The notes beneath the pieces are model-generated. The model worked only from the letters and a program-made list of their open reading frames with translations, did no database searches and was not told the DNA's origin. A stretch of DNA of 56,822 nucleotides from a virus, in UHGV virus genome UHGV-0014949; one strand, 5' to 3'. Both the position numbers and the translations under genes were made by a program. Each line of letters begins with the position of its first letter. Within the stretch, counting starts at the first letter, position 1. This document shows, one piece after another, positions 36,332 to 45,400 of this stretch.

Positions 36332-36415
36332 AATAAGAAACACGTTTTAATTTTTTGCCGTTTTTTGGCAACCGCAACAGACAGTAAATCCGATTAACTA
36401 AGAGGTTTTACTGTG
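36332..36415 (+). promoter_or_regulatory. conserved box (AATAAGAAACAC ... TTGGCAACCGCAACAGACA) plus 7-bp-stem hairpin, copy 2
   Basis: Box A 36332-36343, box B 36365-36383. Hairpin CAGTAAA/TTTACTG at 36382-36413 encloses the AAGAGG SD and touches the GTG start at 36413. Confidence 0.45.
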
Positions 36416-39400
36416 AATATTAACCAGCACTTTAGCAATTTAGCAGCAAAGGCAGCAGCAGAAGGCGCAGATGCAAGTCAATTAATCAGTCAGCGTGAAC
36501 GTCTATTCAAAGACAAAGTGATTCCTGAATTAACCAAACGTGGTGCAAATGACACTGCAATTGTTCAGGCGCGTGAAAAATGGTACTCACAGACTGATAA
36601 AGTCATGCAGAGTGCTGGACTATTGCCGAAAGCTGGACAAAATAGCCGCAGCTTTGCCAAGGACAAACGTGCAGACAAGGCCGTTCAAGAAGCCGCAAAG
36701 ACTGGCAGTAAGTTACCGATCATCAAAGAAACCATTAAGTCTACTGGCGAAACTATCGGGAACCTATTTGGACAGGGCGTAGGCAGCACAATTGAAAGTG
36801 CCGCTGGCTTTGTGCGTGATATTGGCGAGAACGAACAGGATTCTATTTCAGCTAAAGTTGCTGATTACGGTAAAAACCTTAGAAAAGAATTTGAAGGTAG
36901 TGCGTCCAGCTTTCAAAAAGATCTGCAAGCTGGGGGAAGTGGTAAAGCAGCCCAATTAGCCACCGGTGCAATTCAATCCGTTCCAGCTATGGCAGCACCA
37001 TTTGGTGTGGCTAAGATTGTTTCTAAGGGTGCTGGCGCACTCAATGCCACCAAAGCAGCAGCCCCTTATCTGGGTATGGGTGCTGGTGTAGTCGCAGGGC
37101 ATACACAGAACTATGGTGAAGTACGCCGCAACGCAACAGAAAACCTTGAGCGTGATTTCCCAAGCTGGGAGAAACTGCAAGGCAATCCGCTATTTGAGCA
37201 AAATTTCCAAGAAAAATTAAACAGCGGTCTAGGCATTAATCAGGCACGCCAGCAAGCCCATGCAGCAACCTTAGACGCACTTTCAGAACAGGCAGCAAAT
37301 AAATACGGTTCAGCCATGACTGCAATCGACTTTATCGCGCCGTCCGGTGCAGTCCTGGGATCGGGGATTCTCAAAAACCAACCTACCAGCCAAATAGGTA
37401 AAAAGCTGGTCGGCGGCGGTGTAGATTCAGCTTTGGTTAAGCGTGAAATGCAACAGGTCCCACGCACCGGCATGGCTAAATTGGTTCCAGATGTAAGTCT
37501 TGCAGCCAACAAAGCAGCGGCCAAAATGGTGGGTAAACAGGCCCTAGAGGAAGGTTTACAGGGCGGTATTGGTGAGTATGGCGCTCAAGCTGCATCGGCC
37601 AATATTGGAGGTACACCGGTAGATTATGGCAAGGTCGGCCAGACTGTTCTTGAGGAAGGCTTAATTGGCGGTATCATGGGCGGCGGTATGCAGTCTGCTA
37701 CTGGCGGATCACCGACCAGCCAAGCCAAGGACGTGGCGAAGCAATTACGCAACCAGACCAACACATTACGCCAGGAGGAAGCCTCAGCACGTAAAGAGCT
37801 GGCAGATGCCATGCAGCTTAACGATCCGGCAGCACTCCAAAGCGCACAAGACAACCTGAATAATATTGGTGCAGAAGCCAGCAAGGTTAAAGCTACTTAT
37901 GATCAGTACGGTATTGATACGCCGTATTTTGTAGAGCGTTTTGCGGCACAGTATCAACCACCAAAACAACACGAACAGGAGCTGCCAGTAGTAGAACCGG
38001 AAGTACAACCGGAGGTGCAGCCAGAAGTACAACCACAACCAACAGAACAACCACAGGCCACGCCAATTAATCAGGGCATGGCAAATACCACAAATCTGGT
38101 GATGGATAGTGTGAGCAATGGATATATCACACCAGAAGAAGCGCAGGTAATCCAGACAGATCCTATTCGAGCTGATGTATTCACTCTAACAATGACCGGT
38201 GATGAAGCGGCAGCGCATAACGTGGTAATGAATGCTGTAACACTGGGGAACATTGATACAAATCAGGCACAAGAGCTGATTCAATCAATTACGCGCTATT
38301 CTCAAGCCAAAGCACCGAAAAAGCCTTCTGTTTCCAGCATTGTGAATAATCATGTTAAACAGCAGATCCATCCACAAGATAAAGGACTGTTTAGCAATCC
38401 AGTTGAATTAGATCCGAAAACCTTTGAACCGATTGATCCTAATCAGCCATCGCCGTTCCAGGAGGATTTTAACGAGCCTAAAGAGTTTTACAATGCAGCC
38501 AAAGCCAATGATTATGTGCGTATTAATGGTCTAACTGATTCACATGACATTGAGATTGCCGATGACGGCACACTTAAAGTTGTTAAAAAACAGGGCATCA
38601 TCCCAGATGATCCGAACCTAAGTAATTTTGGTTATGAACCTGAAAGAATCGTACAGCCAACCCCGGCAGATCCGAATTTATCAAATTTCTCAGAAGGTCT
38701 GGTCAGTGTTGACAGCTTAAATGCTGATAATGTGCCTGATATTATTGACCCAGAAGAAGTTCAGCAGCCAGTACAGCCGATCCCAACAGCGCAGCCAGAC
38801 CACAATAAACCTAAAACTTTCACAAATTATGTGAGAGCAAATGATTTCGTAAAAACAAACGGCCTAAAAGATAGCCATGAAATTATTAATAAGGGGGAAG
38901 GTCAGGTAATTGTTCAGCCTAAATCAGCAGCATCGATTGAGGATTTTGGAAGTGATCAGGCTTTCGATGACATGCTTAACGCCGTTCCACCTACTAGAAC
39001 ACCTGCAAAAAATCCAGTTGAGCCAGTACAGGCCGCAGATCCAGCAACGGACTTTGATAGTGATGAGGCATTTGACGAGTTATTAAATGCTGTGCCGCCA
39101 AGTGGTAAACAAACTGATCCAGCACAACCAACAGCCAGCTTTGCTGATCAGATTCGTGACGCTCACTTAAACAAGCCGAGTGACAAACCAAAACTGATCC
39201 AGGATGAAGTTGCTAAAGGCCGTCCACGTGCGGAAGTCTTAGCAGAAGTTTCAGACGTGGTTAAGGCAATCAGTACGACCACTACACCGGAGCTTAAAAC
39301 TGATACACCGGAGCTTGCACCGGAAGAAAAGCCACTTAGCTTTGAGGAAGAAAAAGAAAAACAAAAGCAAGAATATCTGCAAAAAGTCCGTGATGCTTAT

Positions 39401-42400
39401 GCCAAAGATCCGGCAAGCGTTAAACAGGTAATTGATAAAGAAGTACCTATTATCGGAAACTTTAAAGATAGATTGCTTAACATTGCCGAAGCAACGGGGA
39501 TTGTCGAGAATCTCAAAAAGCAAAACAAACAAGTTGATGAACAAAAAACAGGCGGAAATGGCATTCAGGAAATTGATTCACCGGAAGGTATGAAATCTGG
39601 CGATATTGGCCGAGGATCTGATGGAAAACCCTTTCTAAGCAAGAATGCCGCAAATCGAGGTCTAAAGCTTCGTGATGTGGAAAAAACACATGAAGTTTTT
39701 GAAATTTCGCCGTCTAATTTTGTACTTCGCGCCAAGGAAACAGTACCAGAAGTTGATAAGCCACAAGAATCTGATAATCCCTATCAAAAGTATGATGATT
39801 TAGCCAAACAGTACGGCAGATCTATTAAGTCGGATGGAACTATCGTAGCTCGTAACGGTCAAGATACCGCTTTTAAGATCCAAGAGAAAAATGGACGTTT
39901 ACACATTAAAGATGTTTTAGGAAATCTTGCATTCAGTGGTGCAACAACCCCAGAAAGCCTGAGTAACTTCCTAGAAGATTATTGGTATGACAAAAAACAG
40001 CAAAATAGCCAAAAGGATCAAACCGCTGGGGATAGTGCTGTATTGGAAACACCAGCACCACAGAAGATGAAAAAGGGAGATCTGGGCCGTAAGTCTGATA
40101 ACCAGCCTTTTGCCAGTGCAAGCGCTGCAAAAACCACGATTAAAAAGCAAGGGTTAGATAACTCACATGAAGTTATACAGCTTGCACCATCACAGTTTGT
40201 ATTGCGCCATAAGGATGCTGGCGAACCATTACACAAGGCACTAACGGAAAAATACGGCAATACTGATGTAGTTCGTGATGGTGATAAATTCACAATTAAG
40301 GGAGATCCAGAAGCAACGATTACCATTGAAGGTGACAAGGCTCAATTGTCTATGGATGGTGAAACCCTAAAAGGTGGATATGATGTAACCAATGCAGATA
40401 AAACTGTAGATTATTTTTCTGATTACATTCGATCAGGTAGAAGCCGGAATGCTTTAAAAGCATCACAAAAAATAGCAGAAGAAGCCAAAAAACTAAATGC
40501 GGCAAAACCAAAACCGGAGCCAGAAAACAAGCCTGACACTGGAATTAGCGTAGATGAATTGAAGCGTCTGCAAATGGAAGCAGAAGCACTAATCAACAAA
40601 TCTAAACAAGTTTCAGATCCATTAGAGTTCCCATTAGATAAGGTAAAAGAAGCATACGGCCATGCACATCTTTCACCTGGCAATACAGCAAGATCCTTTA
40701 AAGAATCATTTGATAAGTTTATTCAGGCTGAAATTGATGATGCTCAAGCACTGGCAACTACGGAAGCCCAGCAAACTGCACTTGATGAAGCTATAGACTG
40801 GGTGAAGGATAATTATATCAATGAAGCCTTACCGCCGTTATTAAATGCAGCCAGTGCAACAGTGAGTTCGGCGAGAGCTGGACGCAATAACTTCAATTCT
40901 AAGCAAGCTGATCAGCGTGGATCTGCTCTGGATAAAGCTACTGCCAAATTTGATGCAGAACTGGAACGATTGAAAGGCTATACAAAATTAAAAGTTTTGG
41001 CCGCCAGAACTCCAAAACAGAAACAGGCAGATGCAGAAGCCGAAGCCGAAGCCAAGGCCCAAGCGGCAAAAGATGCAGCAGCACAAGCCAAGGTCGAAGC
41101 CAAGACTAAAGCCGAGGAAGAAGCCAAAGCCAGTAAAAAGCGTGCAAGCAATCAGCATTTAGGTAGTCCAGAAGGCGCAGAGCAGATGACAGCCGCAGAA
41201 TGGCGTGCCAAGCACAAGGACGGAAAATCCGTTATTGATGGTGTGCGATATGTCATGAAGCTGGTGAATGGAGCAACCAGCCTTGTGCCTGTATGGATTA
41301 CAGACGAGAAGGGAACCACATCAAAAGCACCAGCAACAGAAACACCTAACGAAAGCAGCTATGAATCAATCAAGAAACATTTTGATGACACAGTAGAGCG
41401 TATGGATGATGGTGACGAAAGCTTAACACTGGATGAATTAAAAGCAGCTTACAAGGCTTTGATGGATAACCAGGAGAGTTTAGTTTCAGAGCTTTCTAGT
41501 CAAACCAAACAGCAGCTACTTGATAAGATGCACCCCTATTATGCGGCTATGTATAAATCCCACAAAAAGGATGAGCTTGTAAACAAGTGGGTATCTAACA
41601 CCTTTAGAGCTATGGATTTTGCCAGCGGTGGAGTGGTGACTATTTCTTATGGTGATAAACGCACCATGCCTGAAATTGTACGTGACAAAATTGAAGCTGC
41701 AACTCAAGAGGATCTGAACAAGTATTTAGAGGAACAGCGTCAGGCTAAGATCCAGAGAGAAAAGGATCTGGAAGCAGCAGAAGCCGGAATGAATGACCCT
41801 AAGACAATGGATGACTTTAAACGGATCTATGCAAATGGCGATTTCAAGGACTTTAAAGACTTTTACCGAAGCTTAACTATTCCGCAACAAGCATTGTATG
41901 ACGAGTTGAAGTCTGACGCATACAACGAGCAGCGGATGCAGGAAATCGAAAGAAATAAAGCCTATCGAGAAGCCAGCAACCCAAGTCACGCCGTTGAATC
42001 AACCACAGAAGCAACCTTATTTGCCGGGAAACATACCAAAAAAGGGACGGACATTTGGACCGTGGCCCTAAATGGTCGTGTGGATGGTGATGCGTTTAAT
42101 GATTATCGCAGTCAAGCTAAAGGTTTAGGCGGATATTATTCGAGCTACAAGGGCGGCGGTGCAGTACCTGGCTTTATTTTTGACAATGAAGCCACAGCCA
42201 ATGAGTTTCTAAACTTAGTCACTGGGGACCACGAAGCCAAGTCAACCGATCCAGAACCCGAAGCCATTGCAGTTGATCCACAGGCAGAAGTTGAGGTGAT
42301 TGAAACTGATGCAAAACGTCAGGCTGATAAATTGCGTGAAAAGGCTCAAGCCGTCATAGATCGTGGTGAGCAGAACATTAACCGTGACCGTAAAACCAAC

Positions 42401-45400
42401 ACAGCAAAACGTGCCGGTGATGCAGCTAGAGCAGAGGAACGGGCAAATAGTGCCATTTTCTTGGGTGAAACGCTTAATCGAATTGCAGACGGTATCGAAA
42501 ATGGATCGGTTAAATACTTATCCCGACTGGGGGCAATGACACAGTTAAGCCACCTGGAATCTCTTTTGCAGCGTGCATCTTATGACCAGCAACGAGAAAC
42601 CAATGCGAAAGAGCGTGAGATTACCGCAACCACAATTGCTTATGCAGAGTTCCCACAATATAAGACCTGGACTGACAGCTTTAATAATATCCGTAGCGAT
42701 TTAAAGGCAGCTAATCCACGTCTGGCCGAAAAACTGGAAAAAACAATCGGTATCCGCTACCACAATGCTTATACACGTTGGTTGAATGAAACGAATGAAT
42801 TTGGCACCGAAAATTATGTAGGGCAATTAGCACGCAAGTCTGACGGCTCACCAGCAGTATTTAAGACCAATATTAAACAGGCTGAAACACTGGTCAAGGC
42901 AAGTAACAAGAGAGCTGGAAAGGACAGTTTTGAGGTATTCAAGATTAAAAATGGTGAATACGCCGTTATTTCATCTTATGAAACCGCAATGGAAAATGGA
43001 TCTTGGAAGCCGACCAATTCAGACAAGCAAATGACCTTGACGAATGAATTTGGGAGTGAGCTTTACAATGCCTTGAAGCAATACAAGCGCAAAAATCCAA
43101 GCTATTACATGAACTGGCTAATTGAATCTATGCACGATTCTGTTTCACGCATGGAGAAACTAGGTATTCATGACCCTGCAACATTCCGGGCCGCAATGCG
43201 TGAATATTTGAGCCTGAGAAGTAAAGAAAAGGCCAATGACCCAATCAAGGAAATGGAACGCTCTATGATTGGCCGCAGCAATGACGGCTTAGACTTTTTC
43301 CCAACCCCTAGAAATGTCGTTGAACAGATGATTGAAATGGCGGATCTGGATAGTGATATGAAGGTTTTAGAGCCTTCTGCCGGTATGGGGCATATTGCAG
43401 ATGTATTAAAGGACCACGGCATTAAACCGGATGTGATTGAGCTATCAGGCAAACGTCAAGATCTATTAAAGCTAAAAGGTTATAGCGTTGTTGGTAATGA
43501 CTTCTTAATGTTTGATCCAAAAAACAGAGCGCCGAACTATGGGGACGTGTTTAAAACCGCTGATGGAAAGTACCAGGGCGTTATGCGTGGATCAGGTAGC
43601 CTTGGAAGCAATCGAGTACGTCTAATGCGTGAAGATGACGGCCAGATGATCACTTACTTTGACCGTGATGAGCTTGAGCTGGTCAAAATGAATGGCGTTA
43701 ATTATGACCGTATCATTATGAACCCTCCATTTAGTGATAGACGTGATGCAGCCCATATTTATCATGCTTTTGATTTACTGGCTGATGATGGTGTGATGGT
43801 CGCAATTGCCGGTGAAGGTGTATTTTTTGGCAAAGATAAAGCAGCTAAAGAATTTCAGGACTGGTTAGATCAAGTTGGTGCGGAAATCACGCCGTTGGAT
43901 GCTGGAACCTTTAACGACCCTAGTTTGCCAGTGACTACAGGCGTTAAGGCTAGAATCATCAAAATCAACAAGGCAGACAGCAGCGGTAAACGATTTAGTC
44001 GTAGTGAAGATCTAAATCAAGTACCAGCGCACGTGAAAGAAAACACCAGTGGTTCAACCCCGGATCAGATCCGCACAGAGCTTGTAAACCGATTTGGTGA
44101 GGATACTATTCAGCAACTTGAGCAAAAAGGCATTTTAAGCATTGTGCCTACTCATACTGAGCAGGGGGTGGAAGGCTTTGCGGAAAATGGTCGGGTAACA
44201 CTTGTTGCGGATGCAATCACAGCAGAGAACATCGTACCAGTGTTCTTACATGAACTTGGCGGCCACATTGGGATGCAGGGTGTGCTTAAAGCCAGTGCGT
44301 ACGATAATTTAATGTCAGAATTTAATCGTCTGGTGAAGTCTGGAAACCCAGATGCAATTGAAGCCAAACGATTAGCAGAGCGTGAGTCTGATGCACAAGT
44401 ACAGTCTGATGAATATTTACCGTACTTAATCACCATAACCGCAAGGAATCAGCAAAACCAAGGACCAGCACAGAGGCTTATAAACCGCGTTTTAAGTGCG
44501 GTTAAGGCGTGGGCGGTAGATAGACTAGGATTAAACCTAAAACTTAGCCCTAGCGATATGGTGGCCCTTGCTGAACGAATGGTTAAGACTGTTTCTAAAG
44601 GAACACCACCAACGCCACCAAAAGGCGGCAAAAAAGCGCCGTCAGTGAATAAGCATGTTGATAGGTCTAACCAGACTGAAACAGCAGCATTTAAGTCATG
44701 GTTTAATGGCAGCAAGGTTGTTGATTCAAATGGCAGCCCTTTAATCATGTACCACGGCACACCAAAATCATTCAATCAATTCAATACGAATGAGTCTGGT
44801 GCTTTACTTGGTAAGGGAAGCTACTTCACAGCAGCTTTATCCGAAGCAAGCGCATACGCTGATAGTAAGTCGCCTATGCAAACCTATCTATCAATCCAAA
44901 ATCCATACTATGTTAATTCTGTCATGGATCAGGTCCCAAGTCGAAAGGAGCTTAAAGACTTGGGCCATGATGGTGTAATCCTTTTAAATGAAGATAAAAC
45001 CGTTAAATGGGCAGTAGCGCATGAGCCGACACAAATTAAGTCAGCAACAGCGAATAGCGGCACATTTGATTCATCCCATCCAGATATTCGCTACAGTCGC
45101 AGCAGTACAGCCAATCCGCAGAACATGAGTCGAACCAAGCAGCGCGAGTTTCTGGACAAAGCAGCAGCAACCGCTTTTGGTCAAATGTCTTTACGTGGTG
45201 CAGAAGCTTCAAAAACCCTAAGCAATAGAACGCTTAATCTATTCCAAACCATGCTACATAAGGCTTTGAAGGATGAAACAGGAGAATTTAAAAAGACCTT
45301 CGATCTAGTCCAGGGCAAGATTAATCACGTTACTTTTGCAAGTTCAAAATCAATGGACGTTGCGCCTAACGTACTGATTCAGTTAGAGGAAGGTAGTGAC

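Noticed and set aside
36540-45000. Multiple 60-110 aa ORFs on both strands inside the giant polyvalent gene and the fibre gene
   Set aside because: They are nested within long, well-supported ORFs with coherent domain content. Treated as shadow ORFs.
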